Assembly (NCBI GenBank): GCA_965215055.1
Contig: OZ244046.1
Location: 1,391,202-1,455,201 of the forward strand
From: Gammaproteobacteria bacterium
GTDB taxonomy: Bacteria; Pseudomonadota; Gammaproteobacteria; UBA4575
Length of the DNA: 64,000 nt
Direction: 5' to 3'
The notes under the pieces are model-generated. The model worked only from the letters and a program-made list of their open reading frames with translations. It had not been told where the DNA came from and made no database searches. The position numbers and the translations under genes were made by a program. Positions 29,498-38,443 of this stretch are shown piece after piece. Every line of letters begins with the position of its first letter. Within the stretch, counting starts at the first letter, position 1.

Positions 29498-29695
29498 CTC
29501 CTATGGGATTGATAATAACAAAGTCTTTGATTGCAAACTTATCTTTTTGATAGGCTGTTCATTAGACCAAGTGCATGCATCATAACAAATAGTGATAAAA
29601 ACTCTCAAATGCAGTAACTTGGGCTTGTGAAACGGTTTGTTTGACGGTATCTAATCATAAGTATAGTAAGAGGAGTTCATAACTATGTCGTCGCC
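29434..29695. repeat. copy B of the ~260-bp repeat: native lysR 5' end plus lysR-scnB intergenic promoter region plus first 11 nt of scnB
   Basis: See copy A. Contains candidate LysR-box dyad cTTATCtttttGATAGg at ~29538-29554. Confidence 0.85.
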
Positions 29696-30116
29696 TACCA
29701 GACAGAAAGTAATGAAGCATCTTGATATTGTCGGCCATTTACAGCCGGCTTTGCATCAACCCCAGCATGCACCATTTCCAGATGAGGTTGATAATGCCCA
29801 TTTCAGAGCCTATATGCGGACATCTCATGATGTTGGCGGTGAACCGGATGTGTCCATCCCTTGGCAGGAAAAAGAAGAAGAGCAGTGGGAACTGAATACC
29901 TACGTGACTTGCGAATGCCTGGCTTGGCGCGGTGTCTGGAACGCCGAGGAGAGGCGCCGTCGGCAGAATGTTGACTTGGGGCAGACTCAGTATCTGGGCT
30001 TACCCTATTACGGACGATGGCTGCTTTCCGCTGCGAGGATTATGGTCGATAAGCAGCACGTCACACTCACTGAGTTAATGAATAAGATTGATGAGGTCAA
30101 GAAACGCTATGAGTAG
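29685..30116 (+). CDS. scnB: thiocyanate hydrolase beta subunit (nitrile hydratase beta N-terminal-like)
   Basis: Gene order and sizes (143/118/232 aa) match scnB-scnA-scnC of Thiobacillus thioparus SCNase. NHase-beta-like sequence. Confidence 0.65.
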   Translation: MSSPTRQKVMKHLDIVGHLQPALHQPQHAPFPDEVDNAHFRAYMRTSHDVGGEPDVSIPWQEKEEEQWELNTYVTCECLAWRGVWNAEERRRRQNVDLGQTQYLGLPYYGRWLLSAARIMVDKQHVTLTELMNKIDEVKKRYE

Positions 30117-30462
30117 AAGTCACCACGCTGACAAAGCTACGGGGAAAGGCGACCCCCAGTGTTTTTTGGGTGAAGCGGGCCCACCCAAGTTCAAGGTGGG
30201 CGATCGTGTGCGGGTAAGAGATTTGCCAGATATTTTTTATACCCGCTGTCAGGTTTATACTCGCGGTGCGGTGGGAACAGTGGCAGTTGTAACTCATGAA
30301 AGCCCTGCCCCAGAGGACGAGGCTTGGGATAATGTTGACGCTCCCGAGTGGTTTTACATTGTGCGATTTCGGCAGAAAGACCTTTGGTCTGATTATCCCG
30401 ATGCTTACCCGAACGATACGCTACAGACTGAATTTTCCGAGCGTTGGCTAGAGTCGGCATAA
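30088..30462 (+). CDS. scnA: thiocyanate hydrolase alpha subunit (nitrile hydratase beta C-terminal SH3-like barrel). Probable start ~30109 (MSRSHH)
   Basis: KFKVGDRVRVRDLP...YTRCQVYTRGAVGTV NHase-beta C-terminal-type motif. Confidence 0.65.
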   Translation: MMRSRNAMSRSHHADKATGKGDPQCFLGEAGPPKFKVGDRVRVRDLPDIFYTRCQVYTRGAVGTVAVVTHESPAPEDEAWDNVDAPEWFYIVRFRQKDLWSDYPDAYPNDTLQTEFSERWLESA

Positions 30463-31208
30463 ATCTTGACCTAACTTTTAAGGATACAGTACAGAGCAGA
30501 GAGGAAAAACAAATGGCAGAGAAGCATAAAGCTGCACCCATGGTTGATGAGGTCAGCGATTTTGAGGTACTTGAAGTTGCCGTTCGTGAGCTTGCTATTG
30601 AAAAGGGTCTTTTCACCGCTGAGGATCATCGGCGATTTGCGGAGTTTGCGCACAGCATAGGCCCCTTACCGGCAGCACGTCTTGTCGCCAAGGCATGGTT
30701 AGACCCCGAGTTCAAGAAACTTGCCTTGGAGGATGGCTTTACGGCCAGCAAGGAAGTCGGTATTGACTGGCTGAATCCAACCGGGTTTGGCACACCAAGC
30801 GATTACTGCGACTTACGCGTTCTGGAAGACACGCCTGAAGTGAAGCACGTTGTCGTGTGTACGCTGTGCTCGTGTTACCCCAGGCCAATTCTTGGTCATT
30901 CACCGGAATGGTATCGAACGCCGAATTATCGCCGCCGCTTGGTTCGCTGGCCGCGGCAGGTACTTGCGGAATTTGGTCTTCAGCTTCCCGAGGACATAGA
31001 AATAAGAGTAGAAGACTCAAACCAGAAGTGCCGTTTCATGGTACTGCCGATGCGTCCAGAAGGCACTGATGGTTGGGACGAAGATCAGCTTGCTTCGATT
31101 GTAACCAGGGATTGTATGATTGGCATAGCGTTACCACACCCTGACAGAAAAGCGGACGATAAAAGGCCAGTGCATCCAGCGGTTAACCCGGTGGCGCACG
31201 ACCATTAA
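30444..31208 (+). CDS. scnC: thiocyanate hydrolase gamma subunit (nitrile hydratase alpha-type, Co/Fe-binding). Probable start ~30513 (MAEKHK)
   Basis: Metal-centre signature VCTLCSCYPRPILG (CxLCSC) of nitrile hydratase alpha / SCNase gamma. Confidence 0.8.
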   Translation: MARVGINLDLTFKDTVQSREEKQMAEKHKAAPMVDEVSDFEVLEVAVRELAIEKGLFTAEDHRRFAEFAHSIGPLPAARLVAKAWLDPEFKKLALEDGFTASKEVGIDWLNPTGFGTPSDYCDLRVLEDTPEVKHVVVCTLCSCYPRPILGHSPEWYRTPNYRRRLVRWPRQVLAEFGLQLPEDIEIRVEDSNQKCRFMVLPMRPEGTDGWDEDQLASIVTRDCMIGIALPHPDRKADDKRPVHPAVNPVAHDH

Positions 31209-31220
31209 ACGGCACAAGGC

Positions 31221-31607
31221 ATGGCTAACTTGGGTAAGAAAAGACTTTGGCACCAAGACGACTCATCAGACCCTGATCAGTCACCAATCTCGTTGCTTGA
31301 GAAAATCCGCAGCCAGGGAAAAGTCTGGGAAGATCTGGCTGACAAGTATGGCGTAACCAACCCTGATCCTCCTTGGAAGATCAGCATGCTTTCAATATGC
31401 GAGGCACTTGCGGCCAACGATTGTCTTGGCACGCTTGAGCGCCGTGCTGCCGAGGACGATCTTTCTGAGACTATTTACCGTGACGTTCCTCAACCTGAGC
31501 GGCAACTTTTGACTTTGGCACATACCATGATTCAGCAAGGCCTACTGGATGAAGGCGAGCTCACTCGTCGAATAGAGCAAGTCAGTAGGCGTCTCAACAG
31601 TGTCTGA
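31221..31607 (+). CDS. hypothetical protein in the slot of a nitrile-hydratase/SCNase accessory (activator) protein
   Basis: Position directly after scnC. No firm motif. Confidence 0.35.
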   Translation: MANLGKKRLWHQDDSSDPDQSPISLLEKIRSQGKVWEDLADKYGVTNPDPPWKISMLSICEALAANDCLGTLERRAAEDDLSETIYRDVPQPERQLLTLAHTMIQQGLLDEGELTRRIEQVSRRLNSV

Positions 31608-31699
31608 AAGCAAGTACCAGCTATTCATGGGAAAGGAAAGGAGCCATGATGATTTTTGAATATGATGGTGCACTTACTTTTTTACAAGGAAATTGATCA

Positions 31700-32515
31700 A
31701 TGGCAGACCGCACCGGTGTACACATCAAGATTGAGGACCTTGCTCACCGCTATACTCCGAAAAGCCCGATTACCTTTGATGAGGTTAATATAGAGGCGCA
31801 GCCGGGAGATTCGCTCGTCATCATCGGTCGTTCCGGTTGTGGTAAATCGACTCTTCTCCACGTGTTGGCTGGCCTGCTGCACCCCACCAAGGGCACGGTC
31901 CACATTGGTGGTGCACAGGTTCAAAAACCGTCCTCACGTTGGGTGATGATGTTCCAGGCCCCTCATCTTTTTCCCTGGATGACAGTTTCACATAATGTTG
32001 GCATCGGCCTCCATTTTGCTCATTGGCCCAGGAAAAAAATGCAGGAGCGCGTTACCGAGGTGCTCGGCCTTGTTGCGCTTGAAGACTATGCCCGCAGCAA
32101 CGTGCAGGATCTTTCTGGTGGACAGCAGCAGCGCGTCGCGCTTGCCCGCTCGCTGGTGATGGAACCCGAATTACTTCTTTTGGATGAACCCTTTTCGGCA
32201 CTTGACGCCTTTACCCGTGCGACCTTGCAGAAAGACGTTCGTTCCATAGTGAAACAACTGGGTATAAACATGGTGATGGTTACCCACGACATCGATGAGG
32301 CGGTGTTAATGGCCGACCGTGCATTGGTTATGGCTGGAGAACCCGGCAGGATCGTTCACGATTTCAGCGTTGATCTTGCCGACCCGCGTGAACGTCAGGA
32401 CCCGGCTGTTCAGTCCATGCGTTCACGCCTGATGCAGATTTTCCATGATGCGGCGCAGCCGTTGGAAAGTGCCGACACGGAAGCTGTTGGTGAACTACAC
32501 CCCAGTCCTGGCTGA
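31700..32515 (+). CDS. ABC transporter ATP-binding protein (NitT/TauT family; nitrate/cyanate-type)
   Basis: Walker A GRSGCGKST, ABC signature LSGGQQQRVALAR, Walker B LLLDEPF. Confidence 0.85.
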   Translation: MADRTGVHIKIEDLAHRYTPKSPITFDEVNIEAQPGDSLVIIGRSGCGKSTLLHVLAGLLHPTKGTVHIGGAQVQKPSSRWVMMFQAPHLFPWMTVSHNVGIGLHFAHWPRKKMQERVTEVLGLVALEDYARSNVQDLSGGQQQRVALARSLVMEPELLLLDEPFSALDAFTRATLQKDVRSIVKQLGINMVMVTHDIDEAVLMADRALVMAGEPGRIVHDFSVDLADPRERQDPAVQSMRSRLMQIFHDAAQPLESADTEAVGELHPSPG

Positions 32516-32577
32516 TCGACATTCAGTATTCGTGAGCATATACTTAAACTTAAATTAACCAAACGAGGAAGCCCGAC

Positions 32578-33858
32578 ATGAAAAAAGTTTATCAAAGACA
32601 TGGTGACGGGATACGAGAAGACTCAGATCTCGTCTTGGAGTATGACCCGCTTTTCAAAGGCGTATTAGGTACAGGTATCAACCGGCGAGATTTTCTTGCA
32701 ATGGGCGGCCTTGCTGCGTTAAGTGGTGCGATGCCATTTCCCACCTTTGCGAAAAAGAAGTGGGACCCGGTAGTTAAAATCTGTTACATCCCCATAACTG
32801 ACGCGGCTGCACTGCTTGTTGCGCATGAATTGGGTTTATTCAAGGCGGAAGGCATTGATTCCGTTCGCCCAACGCTCATCCGAGGCTGGTCGCCGCTGGT
32901 TGAAGCATTTGCAGCACATCGCTTCAATCTCACGCACATGCTGATTCCGATTCCGGTCTGGATGCGCTATAACAACAAATTCCCTATAAAAATTACGGCG
33001 TGGGATCATACCAACGGCTCCGCCGTTCTTGTTGGCAAGGATAGTGGTATCAATACTCCCGAGGATTTCGGAGGTAAGCAGTTTGCAGTGCCGTACTGGT
33101 ATTCGATCCATAACATTGTTTCACAAAGAATAATGAAGGCAGCGGGGATTACTCCGGTGATTCGGCCGCAGAGTGCAAAGCTTGCTCCGAACGAGTGCAA
33201 CTACCTCGTTTTACCACCTCCTGCCATGCCGCCTGCACTTGCAGCAAGAACGATTGACGGTTATTGCGTGGCTGAACCTTTCAATGCTTTGGGTGAACTC
33301 AAGGCAGGAGGCAAGGTGCTGCGCTTTACCGGTGATGTTTGGAAGGGTCATCCCTGCTGTGTTGTAGTAATGCATGAAGATGACGCCATGGACCCTGATC
33401 GTGCAGCTTGGGCACAAGGGATACATAATGCTGTAATTGCTGCGCAAATTCATCTTGCCGAGAATAGAGAGGCGATGTCAGAAATGCTTTCTCGTGAAGG
33501 CAAAAGGTACTTGCCATTCCCGAAAGAAGTAATCAAGCGGGCGATGATGTTCTACGATCCAGCTTATTACAACAATCCTGCGGCGATCCAGCATCCGGAG
33601 TGGGGTCAGGATCGCATCAACTTCCAGGGTTGGCCATATCCATCTGCCACCAGGCTTGTTACAAACGACCTGAAGGATACGGTACTTACTGGTAATGCCA
33701 AGTTCCTTAAAGATCTTACCCCTGATCACGTTGCAGGTGACCTGGTCAACTATAACTACGTCAAGAACTCGCTGGAAGCCAATCCCAAGTGGCGAGACGA
33801 TGCCAGCGTTCCTAAGACAGGTGATCCCTATGTACGCACAGAGGTGTTTGAACTTTGA
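32578..33858 (+). CDS. ABC transporter periplasmic substrate-binding protein (NrtA/CynA-like) with Tat signal
   Basis: Twin-arginine motif NRRDFLAMGGLAALSGA. NrtA-like fold signature. Confidence 0.8.
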   Translation: MKKVYQRHGDGIREDSDLVLEYDPLFKGVLGTGINRRDFLAMGGLAALSGAMPFPTFAKKKWDPVVKICYIPITDAAALLVAHELGLFKAEGIDSVRPTLIRGWSPLVEAFAAHRFNLTHMLIPIPVWMRYNNKFPIKITAWDHTNGSAVLVGKDSGINTPEDFGGKQFAVPYWYSIHNIVSQRIMKAAGITPVIRPQSAKLAPNECNYLVLPPPAMPPALAARTIDGYCVAEPFNALGELKAGGKVLRFTGDVWKGHPCCVVVMHEDDAMDPDRAAWAQGIHNAVIAAQIHLAENREAMSEMLSREGKRYLPFPKEVIKRAMMFYDPAYYNNPAAIQHPEWGQDRINFQGWPYPSATRLVTNDLKDTVLTGNAKFLKDLTPDHVAGDLVNYNYVKNSLEANPKWRDDASVPKTGDPYVRTEVFEL

Positions 33859-34679
33859 GCAACGGCATTGCACTTTCTGAGGAAAACCAATCTTCCCGCG
33901 TCCTCAAGTCAGCGGGAAAACGTTTGTTCAATTGGGCGGCCGGCTTGGCCATCCTGTTTGCTCTTTGGTGGGTCGGCGGCTATCTTATCTATATCAACCC
34001 TTATACGACGGATTTTGCTGGTTTCCGTCCCATCCCCACCTTCATGGCGTTCCCAGAGCTTTGGATGGATGGCACGATTCCGAATGCTGTTATGTCAAGT
34101 GGTTACCGATTGGGTGTTGGGCTTCTTATTGCCATTGGATGTGGCATACCAATCGGTATTCTCCTTGGCCGCAGCAAGACGTTTCGCGAGCTGAGCAATT
34201 CTCCGTTTCAGTTGTTGCGCATGATCAGTCCGCTCTCTTGGGAGCCGATTGCAGTAATTGTGTTTGTTACCTGGAACCAGTCGATCATTTTTCTTATTGC
34301 AGTAGCTTCAGTCTGGCCGGTAGTGTTTGCGACGGCTGCCGGCTTGGCCAAAGTAGACCCATCCTGGTTCAAGGTAGCGCGCAATCTTGGTGCCAAGCGT
34401 TGGCACATGTTGACGCAGATTATTCTGCCAGCAATTACTTTTGACATTATGACGGGTATTCGCCTTGCTCTTGGCGTTGCGTGGATCGTCCTCGTACCGG
34501 CGGAATTTCTTGGAGTAACCTCTGGGCTTGGCTATTCCATCAATGATGCGCGAGAAACACTCTCCTATAGTCACCTCACTGCAATGGTGCTCGTTATTGG
34601 GGTCATTGGCTATATACTTGACAGCACCTGTGCGTTTGCCATCAAGCGTTTCAGTTGGCACCATGCAGCGGAACACTAG
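33855..34679 (+). CDS. ABC transporter permease (NitT/TauT family)
   Basis: 6-TM permease, overlaps the SBP gene by 4 nt. Confidence 0.85.
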   Translation: MSNGIALSEENQSSRVLKSAGKRLFNWAAGLAILFALWWVGGYLIYINPYTTDFAGFRPIPTFMAFPELWMDGTIPNAVMSSGYRLGVGLLIAIGCGIPIGILLGRSKTFRELSNSPFQLLRMISPLSWEPIAVIVFVTWNQSIIFLIAVASVWPVVFATAAGLAKVDPSWFKVARNLGAKRWHMLTQIILPAITFDIMTGIRLALGVAWIVLVPAEFLGVTSGLGYSINDARETLSYSHLTAMVLVIGVIGYILDSTCAFAIKRFSWHHAAEH

Positions 34680-34731
34680 CCGGTTGCATCCCGTACAAAA
34701 TCGAGCTGCACACTAGGCAAGGGGAAACGAA

Positions 34732-34962
34732 GTGAGTGAAAGCAAAGTTATTGATGCGCGCAATACTTTTTGTCCTGGACCGCTTATGGAACTCATTACC
34801 TATATGAAACAAGCCAATGTGGGAGATACGCTCGAACTGCTATCAACCGATCAGGGTACAGCTTCCGATGTTCCGGAGTGGGTTGACAAAGTTGGGCACG
34901 AGATGATCAGCAGTGAAAAAGTCGACGAAGTCTGGCATATTAAGGTTCGCAAGACTAAATAG
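34732..34962 (+). CDS. tusA: TusA-like sulfurtransferase
   Basis: 76 aa with CPGP motif (DARNTFCPGPLMEL). Confidence 0.8.
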   Translation: MSESKVIDARNTFCPGPLMELITYMKQANVGDTLELLSTDQGTASDVPEWVDKVGHEMISSEKVDEVWHIKVRKTK

Positions 34963-35006
34963 CATGCAGTTGGGGAATGGTAAGTATGTTGAGTAGGAGA
35001 ATATAG

Positions 35007-36140
35007 ATGAGAATCCTGGTAGTTGGTGGTGGTACGGGCGGTACCATTGTAGCCAATAATCTTGCGCGTCGGTTGGTCAGAGAAACTCGCTCCGGCAAAG
35101 TTTCAATCACCATGCTGTCGGCTTCTGACCAGCATATATATCAGCCTGGCCTGTTTTACGTCGCGTTTGGACAGATGACTCCGGATCAACTATATCGCGA
35201 TCAAGCAAGCTTGCTTGAGTCCAATATCGAATTTCATGTAGACCCGGTCGAGCAGTTCCAGCTCGATCAAAATCAGGTAAGAACTGAAAGTGGCAATACT
35301 TATGAATATGACACTCTTGTGATAGCAACCGGCTCGCGCATGGTGCCCGAGGAAATTCCCGGGTTGGCAGATGCAGCCGAGTTCTTCTACACTGAGAAAA
35401 GCGCGGTGAAAATGTTCAAACGTTTGCGTGAATTTCAAGGTGGCAAAGTTGCCATTATTGTCGGCGTGCCGCATAAGTGTCCGATAGCCCCGGTTGAGCT
35501 CACGTTTGCCTTGCACGATTATTTCAAAACACGTGGCATCCGCGACAAAGTCGAAATTAAATACCACTATCCGATTGGCCGTATTCACAGCATTGAGAAC
35601 GTTGCCAAGTGGGCAACACCAGAGTTTGAGCGTATCGGTATTGAGTACGAGACGCTGTTCAATGTCAAGGAAGTGGATGCGAAAAACAAGATAGTGAAGA
35701 GTGAAGAAGGTACGGAAACCTCCTATGACCTGCTCATTTCCATACCTGCGCATCGTGGTATGGAAGTGATTGAGAAGGATCAGCTTGGCCAAGGCGGATG
35801 GATCCCGACTGATCGTCATCAACTCACCATGGATGGTCATGACAACGTCTACATAGTAGGTGATACTACCAACCTGCCAGTCAGTAAAACGGGTTCAGCA
35901 GCGCACTTTGAGGCAGAAGTGATTGCCGAGAACATTGCCTCAATTATCAAAATCGGCACCCCGGTACGTGAATACGATGGCAAGGTCTACTGCTTTATTG
36001 AAACCGGCCATGACAGTGCCACCTACGCCATGTTCAACTACATTAATCCTCCTGACCTGAAGCAGCCAAACAAGTCAATGCACTGGTTTAAGATGTCTTA
36101 TAACCAGATGTACTGGACCAGCGTACGCGGCTTGCTTTAA
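35007..36140 (+). CDS. FAD-dependent pyridine-nucleotide-disulfide oxidoreductase, sulfide:quinone oxidoreductase-like
   Basis: N-terminal FAD-binding ILVVGGGTGG. Conserved Cys in VPHKCPIAPVE and C-terminal VYCFIETGHD resembling SQR redox cysteines. Confidence 0.65.
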   Translation: MRILVVGGGTGGTIVANNLARRLVRETRSGKVSITMLSASDQHIYQPGLFYVAFGQMTPDQLYRDQASLLESNIEFHVDPVEQFQLDQNQVRTESGNTYEYDTLVIATGSRMVPEEIPGLADAAEFFYTEKSAVKMFKRLREFQGGKVAIIVGVPHKCPIAPVELTFALHDYFKTRGIRDKVEIKYHYPIGRIHSIENVAKWATPEFERIGIEYETLFNVKEVDAKNKIVKSEEGTETSYDLLISIPAHRGMEVIEKDQLGQGGWIPTDRHQLTMDGHDNVYIVGDTTNLPVSKTGSAAHFEAEVIAENIASIIKIGTPVREYDGKVYCFIETGHDSATYAMFNYINPPDLKQPNKSMHWFKMSYNQMYWTSVRGLL

Positions 36141-36152
36141 GGAGGCCATGTC

Positions 36153-36593
36153 ATGACCGCTCAGGCAGAGACAGAGACGCCTCCCGCCGGAACAGCTAGT
36201 ACCGGCGATCTGCAGCAGCTCACCGAGCTCGCGACACTTGTCACCTCCGCTCGGGATGCAATGTCGGACGAGATTGTCACCCGGTTAGCCTCGGCAGTGA
36301 GCGAGGGCATTACCTTGCTCGATCGCCTCACGCGCAATGAGGGGCTGATGCGTTTGATTCGGGCACTTGATCGCCCGGAAAATCAGGACCTTCTGATTAG
36401 CTTGTCCAATGCCATCACTGCAATGAGTCGAGATCTCGCAACTACTTCTTCGCCAGCCAAAGGCGGTATTGGAGGGATATTACAACTGGCTCGCGAGCCA
36501 GCCACGCAGGAGGGGGTTCGATTGCTTTCGCTATTCAGCCAGCATCTGAGAGAGAGCGTTCGTGAACTGCATCAGCACGACGCTAATAGCTGA
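36153..36593 (+). CDS. DUF1641 domain protein (frequent partner of SQR-like/NADH-dehydrogenase-like flavoproteins)
   Basis: Helical 146-aa protein immediately after the flavoprotein gene. Confidence 0.55.
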   Translation: MTAQAETETPPAGTASTGDLQQLTELATLVTSARDAMSDEIVTRLASAVSEGITLLDRLTRNEGLMRLIRALDRPENQDLLISLSNAITAMSRDLATTSSPAKGGIGGILQLAREPATQEGVRLLSLFSQHLRESVRELHQHDANS

Positions 36594-36615
36594 AATTTAA
36601 AATTTAACAGCCAAG

Positions 36616-36650
36616 AAGGGGCGCGGGAGAGAGGTGCCCCTTTGGCTTTT
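36616..36650. terminator. bidirectional rho-independent terminator between convergent DUF1641 and OMP genes
   Basis: aaggggc-gcgggagagaggt-gcccctt hairpin followed by tggctttt. Confidence 0.5.
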
Positions 36651-36684
36651 CTAGCTTTCGAGTATCTTCTATCTTCGCTTCAGA

Positions 36685-38217
36685 CTATTTGAACCGATAC
36701 TGAAGCATCGCCCAGAACTTCTGGGTGTCATTGCTGAACTCATCGGCGTCGTAACTGGTGTATTTTACTAACCCAAGCCATTTCTTTGTAAACGGCTTGG
36801 CAAACAACATGCTCCACTCATCCCCGTAGTCTTTCATTCTGACTCCATTTACGCTCTTCTTGTCAGCTTCATATTTGTGATACTGGAAGACCAGCTTGGA
36901 CGGGCCGATCAATCCTTTCACTACATATGTAACACTGGTGTCCTTGAGGCCTCGGGCGGGAGTATTGGACCCACCAGGGCCGCCTACGAACTTGTCAGCC
37001 CAACCATTGAAGGCGTGTACCGTAGAAAGGGGGGTTTGCACAGCATTCACGCCGTTGCCTTCCAGAACTTCGTGACCTACCTTCAAAACCATCGGTTTGC
37101 CAAGTGCCGTGAAGGCACCGCCAAGCTCGATATTGTAGTAGTCGTTGTCATCCAGAGTGTCAAGGGCGTCATCCTCGGGGTCCTGGTTTGCCCATTCCAG
37201 CTCGGAAAGCAGGGTTAAATTATCGTTTAACTTGTGTTTGCCCAAAAATCGCACGCCCCAGGTATCGGAATCAAAAGGAAATTGAAGGCTACCTACGGCC
37301 ATTCCCATTGGTTGCCCTGTTACAGGGTTTATATTGGGGGGAGTAAATACAGGTACTGTTCCACCTTCACCTTCTTTAGGCGGGGTTCGCGAATTGTCTT
37401 TAAAGTCCAGTATGTAACGGTAGGCGGTCAGCTTTCCAAAGGGAAGTTTGTAAGAGATGTTAATGAGGTGGGAGTCATCCATATCATATTCATTGAATAC
37501 TGAATCCTTACCGAACAGTCGATTTACCTTATCAATATAGGAGTAAGAGATACTGAGGTTCTTGATTGATGAGTTGTCGATTCTGAAGGCATCAAAGGAC
37601 TGGTTATTATTGCGCCAGATAACGTCGCCTACCCAGCGATGATTATCATAGATGATGAGCTGTCTTCCCAACTTGAATGAAGTGTTGCCACTGCAGGGAC
37701 CTGGTGCCATCGGGCAACCGCCGGTTGGACTGCGCCAGCCGATGTAGAATTCTTCAACTTCTTCAAAATTGTTATCTGGAATAATGGCATGTCCCTCTGC
37801 GACGCGACTTGCACCCAGAAGATTCGGTGGAGCAAGCTTTAAGTCTTCGTCAAGGTTCAATGCATTATCACTGCCTAATCGCGTTGCTGCTTCTACCGAA
37901 CCACGGAAGTAAAAGCCATGATAGCGAGCTGTGGTATAGCCCAGTACGGCACGCAGGCTTAGCAGATCGGCGTCATCGGCGGCATTCAAGGGAGACGTTG
38001 GGGGGAGATCTTCGTCATTCACATCTTCATAGCGCATACGCAGCCAAACGTCGGGCTTGCCGCTCATCATTGCGTGTTGAATTTCAGTTGTATTTGGTAA
38101 AAACTTGCCGCGGTGGACGTTGGGAACATCGGGTAAGCCTGCTGCCCAGGCACTTTGTGCGATCATAAAAATGATAGCAGTGGTTATGAGACACGAAAGC
38201 GACTTGAAATTGATCAT
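36685..38217 (-). CDS. outer-membrane beta-barrel protein / putative porin (signal peptide)
   Basis: Signal peptide MINFKSLSCLITTAIIFMIAQSAWA. Alternating amphipathic beta-strand pattern. Aromatic C-terminus. Confidence 0.5.
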   Translation of the reverse strand: MINFKSLSCLITTAIIFMIAQSAWAAGLPDVPNVHRGKFLPNTTEIQHAMMSGKPDVWLRMRYEDVNDEDLPPTSPLNAADDADLLSLRAVLGYTTARYHGFYFRGSVEAATRLGSDNALNLDEDLKLAPPNLLGASRVAEGHAIIPDNNFEEVEEFYIGWRSPTGGCPMAPGPCSGNTSFKLGRQLIIYDNHRWVGDVIWRNNNQSFDAFRIDNSSIKNLSISYSYIDKVNRLFGKDSVFNEYDMDDSHLINISYKLPFGKLTAYRYILDFKDNSRTPPKEGEGGTVPVFTPPNINPVTGQPMGMAVGSLQFPFDSDTWGVRFLGKHKLNDNLTLLSELEWANQDPEDDALDTLDDNDYYNIELGGAFTALGKPMVLKVGHEVLEGNGVNAVQTPLSTVHAFNGWADKFVGGPGGSNTPARGLKDTSVTYVVKGLIGPSKLVFQYHKYEADKKSVNGVRMKDYGDEWSMLFAKPFTKKWLGLVKYTSYDADEFSNDTQKFWAMLQYRFK

Positions 38218-38354
38218 GGCCTTTTCCCCCCAAATTAAATAAGAAACCCGTGGCTTTTGTTGTTATTGGTGTTCTAAAACCACATCTTCGAACTTGTTAT
38301 GACCACCCTATTGTAATAGAAACATAATATAAAAGGATAGTACGTTATTCGTCC

Positions 38355-38400
38355 AAGACTTTGTTGTTATTGAATCCATAGGAGTTGACTATGAATCAAG
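38355..38400. repeat. copy C: partial (~46 bp, ~80% identical) copy of the lysR-start/promoter repeat, upstream of the OMP gene
   Basis: aagactttgttgttattgaatCCATAGGAGTTGACTATGaatcaag versus copy B aagactttgttattatcaatCCCATAGGAGTTGACTATGgatcaac. Confidence 0.6.
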
Positions 38401-38443
38401 ATTCAATATCCGTCCTATCAAGAAAGAACATCGTTTGAACTGT

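Noticed and set aside
33868-34444. Alternative-frame ORFs (108 and 170 aa) inside the ABC permease gene
   Set aside because: The permease frame gives a coherent 6-TM protein. The others are Trp/Cys-rich frame artefacts.
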